Assembly: GCA_019694975.1 (NCBI GenBank)
Contig: JAIBAY010000002.1
Location: forward strand, 197,252-261,251
Length of the DNA stretch: 64,000 bases
Origin: Chitinophagales bacterium
GTDB lineage: Bacteria; Bacteroidota; Bacteroidia; Chitinophagales; UBA10324
Direction: 5' to 3'
Shown: one piece after another, positions 9,935 through 18,638 of the stretch
Position numbering within the stretch: position 1 is the stretch's first letter
How the letters are laid out: every line of letters starts with the position of its first letter
Notes under the pieces: generated by a model
Told to the model about the DNA's origin: nothing
Databases searched by the model: none
Seen by the model: only the letters and a program-made list of their open reading frames with translations
Position numbers and translations under genes: made by a program

Positions 9935-10930
9935 ATGGAAACAGTGGTCAGCGGCATCAGGCCTACCGGCAATCTTCACCTCGGAAATTATTTCGGAGCC
10001 ATGCGTAATTTCCTGAAGATGCAGGAGGAGCAGCATTGTTTCTTTTTCGTGGCGGATTATCATTCCCTTACCACGCATCCCCACCCGGCCGACCTGCACA
10101 CCACTGTGAAACAGGTGGTTGCCGAATACCTTGCCTGCGGCCTCGATCCCGACAAATGTATATTGTACCTGCAAAGCGACCTGCCTGAAACGGTGGAGCT
10201 TTATCTTTTCCTCAATATGCTTTCTTATGTCGGCGAACTGGAACGCAGCACTTCTTTCAAAGAAAAAATCCGCAAGCATCCCGATAATGTGAATGCCGGC
10301 CTGCTCACCTATCCGGTGCTGATGGCTTCTGATATAATAATTCACAAAGCCACCAAGGTGCCGGTTGGCAAAGACCAGGAACAGCATCTCGAGATGACAC
10401 GCACCTTCGCGGCGCGCTTTAACAGGCTGTATGAAGCAGACTATTTCCCGGAGCCGGTGGCATTTAATTTTTCTGATAAACTGGTGAAGGTTCCCGGGCT
10501 CGACGGTGCAGGTAAGATGGGAAAATCCGAAGGAGAAGGCAATGCCATTTTTTTGGTGGATGAACCTGCCGCAATACGGAAAAAAGTGATGAAAGCCGTT
10601 ACGGATAGCGGGCCAACACAACCTAACCAGGAGAAACCTGAAATGATTCAGAACCTGTTTACACTGATGGCACTGGTATCGGCCCCAACCACTCTACAGC
10701 ATTTCGAAGATGCTTACAATAACTGCAGTATCCGGTACGGCGATCTCAAGAAGCAATTAGCGGAAGATATGATCGCTTTCACCACACCCATAAGAGAAAG
10801 AGTGCAGGAGATTTACCATGATTCCGCATTGCTTAGCAGAGTACTGTCACAAGGAGCGGAAAAGGCAAGGGCAAGTGCCGGCAAAACAATAAAGGAAGTG
10901 CGTGAAATAATCGGATTCAGAAAGTTTTAG
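9935..10930 (+). CDS. trpS: Tryptophan--tRNA ligase
   Basis: METVVSGIRPTGNLHLGNYFGA (HIGH-type region) and KMGKS (KMSKS motif). 331 aa from ATG 9935. Confidence 0.9.
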   Translation: METVVSGIRPTGNLHLGNYFGAMRNFLKMQEEQHCFFFVADYHSLTTHPHPADLHTTVKQVVAEYLACGLDPDKCILYLQSDLPETVELYLFLNMLSYVGELERSTSFKEKIRKHPDNVNAGLLTYPVLMASDIIIHKATKVPVGKDQEQHLEMTRTFAARFNRLYEADYFPEPVAFNFSDKLVKVPGLDGAGKMGKSEGEGNAIFLVDEPAAIRKKVMKAVTDSGPTQPNQEKPEMIQNLFTLMALVSAPTTLQHFEDAYNNCSIRYGDLKKQLAEDMIAFTTPIRERVQEIYHDSALLSRVLSQGAEKARASAGKTIKEVREIIGFRKF

Positions 10931-11043
10931 AATATTTTATCTTCACGTTCATTATCTTACTTCATTCATTTTTTATGTGTGAAAGGCTGCAGATAAAAAA
11001 TCAATCCACTTATTAGTTACTTAATTTACAGCACCACAGCACG

Positions 11044-11691
11044 ATGGCAAAGAAGGACCTGAAATTTTTAAATGTAAAACATGTGGCTATCGCCGGAAAT
11101 ATCGGTGCGGGAAAGACGACACTTACCACGTTACTGGCCAAACAATTCAACTGGGAACCTCACTACGAGGATGTGGAGAACAATCCTTACCTGTATGACT
11201 TTTACGAGAATATGCCACGCTGGTCATTTAATCTGCAGATCTACTTCCTGAACAGCCGCTTTGGTCAGATCATACGGATTCAGCAGGGTGATAAAACAGT
11301 TATTCAGGACCGCACCATTTATGAAGATGCGCAGATCTTTGCTCCCAACCTGCACGCCATGGGTCTCATGACCAAACGTGATTTTGAAAATTATACAGCC
11401 CTTTACAAAACCATCGGTTCGCTGATAAAGCCACCAGATCTGTTGATTTACCTGCGCGGATCAATATCAGCACTTGTCGGGCAGATTCAAAAACGGGGAC
11501 GTGAATACGAAGATAACCTCCGGTTAGATTACCTGCGCCGGCTGAATGAATACTACGAGAACTGGATCAACAATTATAAAGAAGGCAAACTGCTTATTAT
11601 TGATATCGACAAATGCAACTTTGCCGAAAATCCTGAAGACCTGGGCGATGTGGTGAATAAAGTCAGGGCACAGTTGCATGGATTGTTTTAA
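11044..11691 (+). CDS. Deoxynucleoside kinase
   Basis: 215 aa with P-loop IAGNIGAGKTTL and the dNK-family blocks (..QDRTIYED.., ..LIYLR..). Confidence 0.85.
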   Translation: MAKKDLKFLNVKHVAIAGNIGAGKTTLTTLLAKQFNWEPHYEDVENNPYLYDFYENMPRWSFNLQIYFLNSRFGQIIRIQQGDKTVIQDRTIYEDAQIFAPNLHAMGLMTKRDFENYTALYKTIGSLIKPPDLLIYLRGSISALVGQIQKRGREYEDNLRLDYLRRLNEYYENWINNYKEGKLLIIDIDKCNFAENPEDLGDVVNKVRAQLHGLF

Positions 11692-11874
11692 GAAGCGGTA
11701 CCGAGCCGTTAATTAACCGGTTGCTGATGCTGGCATCATAACTTTGATTAACGCGGCACGATTCAACTATCTTGATGTGGAGCCTGCATAAGTCCGTATT
11801 CAGCAAAAAACAAAGCATCTCATCTTTTTTAAGAAATCATTCATCCGGAGCGATTTTACCGACAGCAGATACAC

Positions 11875-12696
11875 ATGAAGAAAAAAATACGCTTGCTGTT
11901 TTCACTTTGCTGTATTGTAACAGCAGTACGTGCCGGTAATGAACCATTCTCGGCCAGTGCACGCTCCAATGCTATGGGCGGAACAGGTATCACCCTTACG
12001 GATATGTTCGCGGTCTTCAACAACCAGGCCTCAATGGCTTTTGTAAAAGATGTGACAGCGGGCATATTTACAGAACGCAGATTTATGATGAGCGAATTGG
12101 GATACCATGCAGGTGGCGTCGTTTTGCCGACCAGGTCAGGCGTGTTCGGACTGAGTGCTGCTTATGCAGGCTTCGATGTGTACAATGAGAAGAAAGCAGG
12201 ACTTTCGTATGCACGATTATTTTCAAAGCACATTTCCGGTGGTATCCAGTTTGATTACCTCGGCACCTCTATTGCTGAATACGGCAATGCAGCCGCATTC
12301 ACCATTGAAGCAGGCCTGTTGGTTAAGATCACTGACAAGTTTTCCACCGGCGCTCATGTCTTTAATCCGGTAAGAGTGAATGCAGGTTTTGCCGACAACA
12401 AAATTCCAACAACTCTCAAACTCGGTGTTTCCTATGAAGCGAGCGATAAGGTGTGGCTTGCTGCAGAAGCTAAGAAGGACATTGATAAGGCAGCGCAATT
12501 TTGTGCGGGAATTGAATACCGGATGATTGATGCATTTCATCTAAGAGCAGGATTTCAAACCAATCCTGCAATGTATACGTTTGGAGCAGGCATAAATATT
12601 CAGCAGCTGAGGATTGACCTCGCAACCACTTATCACCAGGTACTGGGTGTATCCCCGCAAATTGCCGTCAGTTACGCATTCGCGAAAAAGAAATAA
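11875..12696 (+). CDS. Outer-membrane beta-barrel protein, PorV/PorQ-like (tentative)
   Basis: Signal peptide, N-terminal ..SARSNAMGGTG.. motif reminiscent of PorQ-type proteins, and alternating beta-strand pattern. Confidence 0.4.
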   Translation: MKKKIRLLFSLCCIVTAVRAGNEPFSASARSNAMGGTGITLTDMFAVFNNQASMAFVKDVTAGIFTERRFMMSELGYHAGGVVLPTRSGVFGLSAAYAGFDVYNEKKAGLSYARLFSKHISGGIQFDYLGTSIAEYGNAAAFTIEAGLLVKITDKFSTGAHVFNPVRVNAGFADNKIPTTLKLGVSYEASDKVWLAAEAKKDIDKAAQFCAGIEYRMIDAFHLRAGFQTNPAMYTFGAGINIQQLRIDLATTYHQVLGVSPQIAVSYAFAKKK

Positions 12697-12697
12697 G

Positions 12698-14866
12698 ATG
12701 CGCCAACTTATTCCATTATATGCGAAGGGCAGATTCATTTCCGTGGTGCATCCGTTAAAATGTCATTTTAATATTTTCAGTAGCCTGCCGGTCAGCCTGC
12801 TTTGTTGCCTGATGTTGATACAGCCGGAAGTATCGTTCAGCCAGGTAACCGATACTACCGGCGACTATGGCCGTAAGGAAGACTACATTGAACAGTTGGT
12901 AGAGAAAGATGATAACTCCGGTGGCGACTATGAAGGCCTTGTTGACCTGGACAGAAATCTGCGGCAACGGCCCATCAATCTGAATACCGCTACAGAAGAA
13001 GATCTGAAGCAGCTGCATGAACTGGCATTGCTGACCGACATACAGATTCATTCCATTATCAACTACCGTGACAAGCTGGGAAACTTCATCAGCATCTATG
13101 AACTGCAGGCTGTTCCTTATCTCGACATGGTGACGGTGAAAAGCCTCCTTCCCTATGTGAGGATCAATTCAGATATCAGTCATGCAATGGTGAATACAAA
13201 AGATCTGCTCCTCGGCGGTGATTATGTGTTATTGATAAGAGCACAACAGGTTTTGGAAGAACAGAAGGGATTCACACCGGTTGATTCCGGCAGCACCGCT
13301 TCCCGTTACCTCGGCAGTCCGCTCAATCTCTATGCACGCTACCGGTATCAGTATGGTACGAAATTCAGCTATGGCATCACCGGACAAAAAGATGCCGGTG
13401 AAGAGTTCTTCCAGGGTACGCAAAAACAAGGATTTGATTTTTATTCCTTTCATATCTATTACCGTGGCAACAGCTTCATCAAAGCGGTTGCCGCCGGAGA
13501 TTACGAATTGAGATTCGGGCAAGGCTTGCTGACTGCATCCGGCTTTGGTGTTAGCAAAAGCTCACTCGTGATGAATGTTAAATACGGCGGGCGGACCCTG
13601 AAGCCATATACATCCACCAATGAATTTAATTTCTTCAGAGGTGGCGCAGTGGTGGTTGGCAACAAGCTGATTTCACTCACGGCTTTCGCTTCCTCAAAAA
13701 GAATAGACGGTAACATTGGCACCATAGATACCGTGGACGAAGATGTTTTTGTGACATCCATCGGCGGCGACGGGCTGCATCGTACACCCTCCGAAGTGGC
13801 TGATAAAAATACCGTCCATCAAACCGTGACCGGCTTCAATGCTGATTTTAATATTCAATCGCTGCAACTGGGTGCATCTGCCATCTATTCTAAATACAGC
13901 GTGCCATTAGCACCAGCGGTGGAACCGTACAATGAATTTAAGTTCAGGGGCAGCCAGCTTACAACGGGCGGCATTCACTACGACTGGGCATACCGGAATT
14001 TCCTGCTGTTCGGCGAAGCAGCAATGGATGAAGACGGAGGAAAGGCACTGCTTTCCGGCATGCTCATCAGCGTTGATCAGAACATAGATCTGTCGCTCAT
14101 CTACCGCAACTATGGCAAAGACTTTCACTCTTTGTATGCGAATGCCTTCGGCGAATCCGGCACCAACGATAATGAAAGCGGTTTATACACCGGCATCCTG
14201 TTAAGGCCGGGCCGCTCCTGGCAAATTGCAGGTTATGTCGACCTGTTCCGGAAACCATGGCTCGATTACAATATTGATGCGCCTTCCAATGGCATTGAGA
14301 TGCTGACACAGGTAACGTACAAACCAAATAAAGTACTCGAAATATATGCCCGATGGAAAGATGAATCCAAACAACAGAATGCTTCCATAAATGCCGAACC
14401 GCTGGATTACATTGTGGGTACCCGCAAGCAAAACCTTCGTTTGAACTTAAGTTACAAAGCGTCTTCTTCCTTTACGATACACAGCCGGGCTGAATGGGTT
14501 TTTTATCATGAAGAACAGCGGCCCAAACAATATGGTTTTCTCGCTTACCAGGACCTCATCTATCATCAGCTGGGTTCACCGCTGCAACTCACAGCAAGGG
14601 TTTGCCTGTTTGATGCGGATGACTACGATGCCAGGATCTACGCCTATGAAAATGATGTGCTCTATGCTTATTCTGTTCCTTCCTTCTCCAACAGAGGAAT
14701 GCGGTTCTATGTTGTGGCAAGATATTCAATAAGCCGGGGCATCGATGTATGGCTTCGCTTTGCACAAACCTACTACAGCAACCTCGATGTAATAGGCAGC
14801 GGACTTGATGAGATCAATGGCAATACAAAAACAGAACTAAAGGCAGAAGTAAGGTTTAAGTTCTGA
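12698..14866 (+). CDS. Helix-hairpin-helix (ComEA-like) domain protein fused to a large predicted outer-membrane beta-barrel
   Basis: ATG at 12698 lies 1 nt after the upstream stop. HhH region NLNTATEEDLKQL..ELQAVPYLD. Long beta-rich C-terminal part ending ..AEVRFKF. Confidence 0.6.
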   Translation: MRQLIPLYAKGRFISVVHPLKCHFNIFSSLPVSLLCCLMLIQPEVSFSQVTDTTGDYGRKEDYIEQLVEKDDNSGGDYEGLVDLDRNLRQRPINLNTATEEDLKQLHELALLTDIQIHSIINYRDKLGNFISIYELQAVPYLDMVTVKSLLPYVRINSDISHAMVNTKDLLLGGDYVLLIRAQQVLEEQKGFTPVDSGSTASRYLGSPLNLYARYRYQYGTKFSYGITGQKDAGEEFFQGTQKQGFDFYSFHIYYRGNSFIKAVAAGDYELRFGQGLLTASGFGVSKSSLVMNVKYGGRTLKPYTSTNEFNFFRGGAVVVGNKLISLTAFASSKRIDGNIGTIDTVDEDVFVTSIGGDGLHRTPSEVADKNTVHQTVTGFNADFNIQSLQLGASAIYSKYSVPLAPAVEPYNEFKFRGSQLTTGGIHYDWAYRNFLLFGEAAMDEDGGKALLSGMLISVDQNIDLSLIYRNYGKDFHSLYANAFGESGTNDNESGLYTGILLRPGRSWQIAGYVDLFRKPWLDYNIDAPSNGIEMLTQVTYKPNKVLEIYARWKDESKQQNASINAEPLDYIVGTRKQNLRLNLSYKASSSFTIHSRAEWVFYHEEQRPKQYGFLAYQDLIYHQLGSPLQLTARVCLFDADDYDARIYAYENDVLYAYSVPSFSNRGMRFYVVARYSISRGIDVWLRFAQTYYSNLDVIGSGLDEINGNTKTELKAEVRFKF

Positions 14867-14957
14867 ACCGTAAATGCCTGAGTTGCCGCAATAAATCAGC
14901 AAGTGATTGGCCGTTCTCAATACTTTATTATATGCCTGCTAAGCGCCGGTGGAAAAA

Positions 14958-15365
14958 TCAGATAAAACCTTTGCAATTGGCGGCACCGCATCTGCAAGGC
15001 AATTTTCCTTCATGGTGCGTAACGCCATAATCGGCGGATAGCTCTTCCCCCTTTTTGACGAATCGTAGTGTATAAAACTCAACTCTCGTTGCCGTTACCC
15101 TGATGTAACAATTGGGAGAACAGGAATGATTGATGTAACGCAATGAATTACTTGCCACAGATGCATCGAGCGCTGTTTTATCCGTGAGTTCCACCATGGC
15201 TATTTCCTTCTTCTCCCGTACCCTTTTTCTTGCTTCCCGTATTGAAATGATGACACCTCCCAGGTCGCCGATTTTTTTTCTTGCCGGAATATCGGTGATG
15301 GCGAATGCTCCTTTTCCCTGTATTCCGCTCTTCGCAACTCTCAACTCATAATACACATTGAACAT
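14958..15365 (-). CDS. SET domain-containing protein (lysine methyltransferase-like)
   Basis: SGIQGKGAFA, YINHSCSPNC and post-SET-like CRCGAANCKG. ATG at 15365 is preferred over the TTG at 15386. Confidence 0.8.
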   Translation of the reverse strand: MFNVYYELRVAKSGIQGKGAFAITDIPARKKIGDLGGVIISIREARKRVREKKEIAMVELTDKTALDASVASNSLRYINHSCSPNCYIRVTATRVEFYTLRFVKKGEELSADYGVTHHEGKLPCRCGAANCKGFI

Positions 15366-15527
15366 CCGCAGTAATTTTCCCGGCAAGGTAAATTTTTATC
15401 GGAAAGGAATTCTGCTGTGATCACAGCGGATATCCACAACCAATCCGTTGATTTAACCGCGCTAAAATATTTATCAATCCATTTCGTCAACATGCATACG
15501 TTTTCATTTAACCTAAACAAACAAAAC

Positions 15528-15926
15528 ATGAACTACAATCAGTCATGGGCCGCAAAAGGCCACGATCACGGAGGCAGGAACAAACACCTGCTTATCCGAT
15601 CCATGCAGCGAGCCGCTGTAAGCATTTACAAAACCGAAAACAGCCATGAGCTGCTGGTTTTCGCACCGGGAAGAATCAAAGAACATTTCCATCTGCATGT
15701 AAATGGAAATGAACTTACGATCTCCTACACACCGCCGGAAGGATTTCCACGACCGGAATGGATCCTGCGTGAATACAGCCGCGGCGGATTCTCCCGCACT
15801 TTTACATTGGAATCAAATGACGATGCAAAAAACATTACCGCCAAATATGAAGACGGTGTGCTGCACGTCAGCGTGCCAATGCTGAAAAGTGCTACAGCAG
15901 CGAAACAGGAAATAAAGGTGAGCTGA
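15528..15926 (+). CDS. Hsp20/alpha-crystallin-like protein (divergent)
   Basis: 132 aa from ATG 15528. C-terminal ..ITAKYEDGVLHVSVP.. is typical of the alpha-crystallin domain. Confidence 0.6.
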   Translation: MNYNQSWAAKGHDHGGRNKHLLIRSMQRAAVSIYKTENSHELLVFAPGRIKEHFHLHVNGNELTISYTPPEGFPRPEWILREYSRGGFSRTFTLESNDDAKNITAKYEDGVLHVSVPMLKSATAAKQEIKVS

Positions 15927-15954
15927 CACTGCACATTTTGTTAGCCTGCATACT

Positions 15955-15989
15955 GAAAGGTGATATCCGAAAAGGATGTCACCTTTTTC
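15955..15989 (+). terminator. Rho-independent terminator
   Basis: Hairpin aaaggtgatatcc-gaaaa-ggatgtcaccttt followed by a short T-run. Confidence 0.6.
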
Positions 15990-16106
15990 AGTGCTATAAC
16001 CGTTGCTTACCTTAACAGCAGGAATGCCTGCCGGTATAACCTGCAGCTGATTCACACTTACCAATTGATTATTTCAAACGAACTTTAACGATCAACAAGA
16101 AGTGTC

Positions 16107-17159
16107 ATGGAACTTGGCCTCTATACATTCGCGGAAACAACTCCTGATCCTGAAACAGGAAAACTGATCAGTCAGCAGCAGCGTATGAAAAACCTGCTCG
16201 AAGAAATTGAGCTGGCAGACCGCCTTGGGCTGGAAATATTCGGAATTGGTGAACATCACCGGTCAGACTATGCCGTTTCTGCTCCGGCCATAGTGCTGGC
16301 CGCCGCTGCTGCACGCACTAAAAATATCCGCCTGACCAGTGCCGTAACAGTGCTGAGTTCTGATGATCCGGTCCGCGTATTCCAGGATTTCGCCACACTC
16401 GATCTGCTTTCAAACGGCCGCACAGAAATCATGGCCGGCCGCGGATCATTCATTGAATCCTTTCCGCTCTTCGGCTATGACCTGGATGATTACGATGCAT
16501 TGTTCGAAGAGAAACTTGATCTGCTGCTGCAGCTTCGCTCTAAAGAAGTGATCACCTGGAATGGCAAGTTCCGACCGTCAATAGATCACCTGAAAGTTTA
16601 CCCGCAACCCGTTCAAAAACCATTGCCCGTATGGATTGCAGTGGGCGGCACCACGCAATCGGTTATTAGGGCCGCCAGACTTGGATTGCCGATGGCATTA
16701 GCCATCATTGGCGGACTTCCTGAAAGGTTCGCTCCGCTTGTGGACTTGTACCGTGAAACTGCCGCCACTGCAGGTCATGATCCTTCAAAGACGCTTGTCA
16801 GCATTAATTCACACGGCTACATTGCCGGTGATTCAAAACTTGCCGGCGATGAATTCTACCCTGCTTATGCTGATGTGATGACCAGAATTGGCCGCGAGCG
16901 CGGATGGCCGCCAACCAATCGCGCACAGTTTGAAGCGGGCCGTTCTCCTGAAGGCGCATTGTTAGTGGGCAGTCCGCAGGAAGTGATTGACAAGATCATG
17001 TATGAGTATGAGTTGTTTCATCATGACCGTTTCCTGCTGCAACTCAGCGTAGGCACACTGCCGCATGAAAAACTTTTGCATGCCATCGAACTCTTCGCGA
17101 CTGAAGTAGCACCGGTGATCAGGCGTGAAACAAGTACTGTTTTACAGGACAGGAAATAA
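16107..17159 (+). CDS. LLM-class flavin-dependent oxidoreductase (luciferase-like monooxygenase)
   Basis: 350 aa. [10 protein letters not shown].., ..FGIGEHH.. and overall luciferase-like layout. Confidence 0.85.
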   Translation: MELGLYTFAETTPDPETGKLISQQQRMKNLLEEIELADRLGLEIFGIGEHHRSDYAVSAPAIVLAAAAARTKNIRLTSAVTVLSSDDPVRVFQDFATLDLLSNGRTEIMAGRGSFIESFPLFGYDLDDYDALFEEKLDLLLQLRSKEVITWNGKFRPSIDHLKVYPQPVQKPLPVWIAVGGTTQSVIRAARLGLPMALAIIGGLPERFAPLVDLYRETAATAGHDPSKTLVSINSHGYIAGDSKLAGDEFYPAYADVMTRIGRERGWPPTNRAQFEAGRSPEGALLVGSPQEVIDKIMYEYELFHHDRFLLQLSVGTLPHEKLLHAIELFATEVAPVIRRETSTVLQDRK

Positions 17160-17210
17160 CAATCGATGATTGTTTTTAAACTGCGATCTTCACAAGAAAT
17201 CTTTATTGAC

Positions 17211-17325
17211 GCTATCTCAAAATACCTGGAGTCATCCTGAACTTGTATCAGGATCTCTTCCATTCATTGACAGATGCCAAAATAAATTCTGCATGACAGC
17301 ATTGATTGCCTGTTTTGAGATAGCT
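17211..17325 (+). repeat. Intergenic structured repeat, copy B (reference copy)
   Basis: P1 pairs gctatctcaaaa (17211-17222) with ttttgagatagc (17313-17324). P2 pairs atcctga (17234-17240) with tcaggat (17248-17254). The P3 hairpin lies around 17274-17296. Confidence 0.8.
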
Positions 17326-17440
17326 GATAATTAAATTCCTGCAAACAGAATAATGCTGTAAGATTTCTTCGTCAACATCCGATCATCCCGCATCTCTTTC
17401 TCAGTGCTGATAAAGAGATGTTGTACGGTTAATTATCCTT

Positions 17441-17965
17441 ATGGAACTTGAACTCGCCATAAAACTTATTCATCACAGCAGCATTCAAAGACCGGCTATT
17501 TCAGCCTGGGCCGACCTTGGCTGTGGAAACGGATTATTCACTAACGCGCTGGCATCTTTACTTGCCAGAGGAAGTACGATTTACGCCATTGATAAAAACG
17601 AAAATTCATTGAACGCAATTCTTCTTCCACCTGCTGTAACCGTAGAAAAAATAAAGGCCGACTTTATTGCCGAAACGCTGAACGTTCCGCCATTGGACGG
17701 AATACTTTTGGCGAATGCCCTGCATTTTGTAAAAGACAAGACATCATTTATTCGAAAGATTCGCACTTATATAAAACCGAAGGCCAAAATCCTGATTGTA
17801 GAATATGACATAACCGTTTCTAATCCTTATGTGCCCTTTCCCATAAGCTGGCAATCATTGAAGGATCTTTTTTATCAACAGGGTTGCGAGGCCATTCATA
17901 AAATACAAGAGACACCTTCCATCTACCATCACGCAAATATTTACGCTGCAATCATATCACTTTAG
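17441..17965 (+). CDS. Class I SAM-dependent methyltransferase
   Basis: Motif I DLGCGNGLFT; 174 aa. Confidence 0.75.
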   Translation: MELELAIKLIHHSSIQRPAISAWADLGCGNGLFTNALASLLARGSTIYAIDKNENSLNAILLPPAVTVEKIKADFIAETLNVPPLDGILLANALHFVKDKTSFIRKIRTYIKPKAKILIVEYDITVSNPYVPFPISWQSLKDLFYQQGCEAIHKIQETPSIYHHANIYAAIISL

Positions 17966-17971
17966 CAGTCA

Positions 17972-18616
17972 CTAATTGTACCGCCCGTTCGCCCATTCAA
18001 TGGCAGGCACTGTCCATTGCGGAAGCGGACGAAACAGGAAGCCATGCTGAAGGCCGGTATTGATTTCAATTTCTTTGTAGTGAGCCATGGTCTTCACACT
18101 TTTCTCTTTAAACCGGTAACAGGACGAGCCAATATCATCGCTCCGCTCATAAACAGATAAGATGTTACCATAAAATTGCAGATCAGGATATGCCTCATAA
18201 TTTCCATCGTTGCATGCGGCAAGGAAAACAAAATTTAACTGCCCGTTTTTCAGGATGGAGGAAACATGCATGGCAATTAAAGCCCCTTTGGATGCGCCGA
18301 TCACCGTGATGTCCTTTCCTGCAATACCATTTTTTAATAAATCATTGATCTGCCCGGCTATTTTATCCGCATACAGCTTTACATCCGTATCCGGCGGCCG
18401 CACTTCGCTCATTACTGTAAATCCGGCTTTACGGAAAGTATCGAGGATCGCTTGATACGCATAAGCACCGAAATATGGGCTTACAGCTTCTGCACCCATA
18501 TTCTCCACAATCATTCCATGCAGGTAAAAAACATATTTATGATTTGAAGCTGCACTTGAATCCATAGACGGTAACAGGAGCATGCATGAAATTAAAACGG
18601 ATCTCAGCATATCCAT
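17972..18616 (-). CDS. Secreted alpha/beta-hydrolase-like protein
   Basis: Signal peptide and a G-x-S-x-G-like nucleophile elbow (IGASKGAL). The family is not identified further. Confidence 0.5.
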   Translation of the reverse strand: MDMLRSVLISCMLLLPSMDSSAASNHKYVFYLHGMIVENMGAEAVSPYFGAYAYQAILDTFRKAGFTVMSEVRPPDTDVKLYADKIAGQINDLLKNGIAGKDITVIGASKGALIAMHVSSILKNGQLNFVFLAACNDGNYEAYPDLQFYGNILSVYERSDDIGSSCYRFKEKSVKTMAHYKEIEINTGLQHGFLFRPLPQWTVPAIEWANGRYN

Positions 18617-18638
18617 CTAAAAAGTGATTTAGAAAATA

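Noticed and set aside
9791-10621. 276-aa ORF antisense to trpS.
   Set aside because: It is a shadow ORF opposite a strongly supported TrpRS gene, with a His/Phe/Arg-rich composition typical of antisense frames.
12614-12697. TTG-initiated 5' extension of the HhH/barrel ORF, overlapping the end of the upstream gene.
   Set aside because: ATG 12698 lies immediately after the upstream stop and precedes the signal peptide. The extension has no function-like sequence.
15414-15427. Perfect 14-bp palindrome gctgtgatcacagc between the SET and Hsp20-like genes, and a 12-bp palindrome tgacaattgtca at 28839-28850 upstream of the YceI cluster.
   Set aside because: About 4 and about 16 such perfect palindromes, respectively, are expected by chance in 64 kb. 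With no second copy and no known operator match, I did not call them regulatory.
17021-17263. 80-aa minus-strand ORF; similarly 34270-34476 on the + strand.
   Set aside because: Both run into copies of the intergenic repeat and reflect its conserved sequence rather than coding potential.
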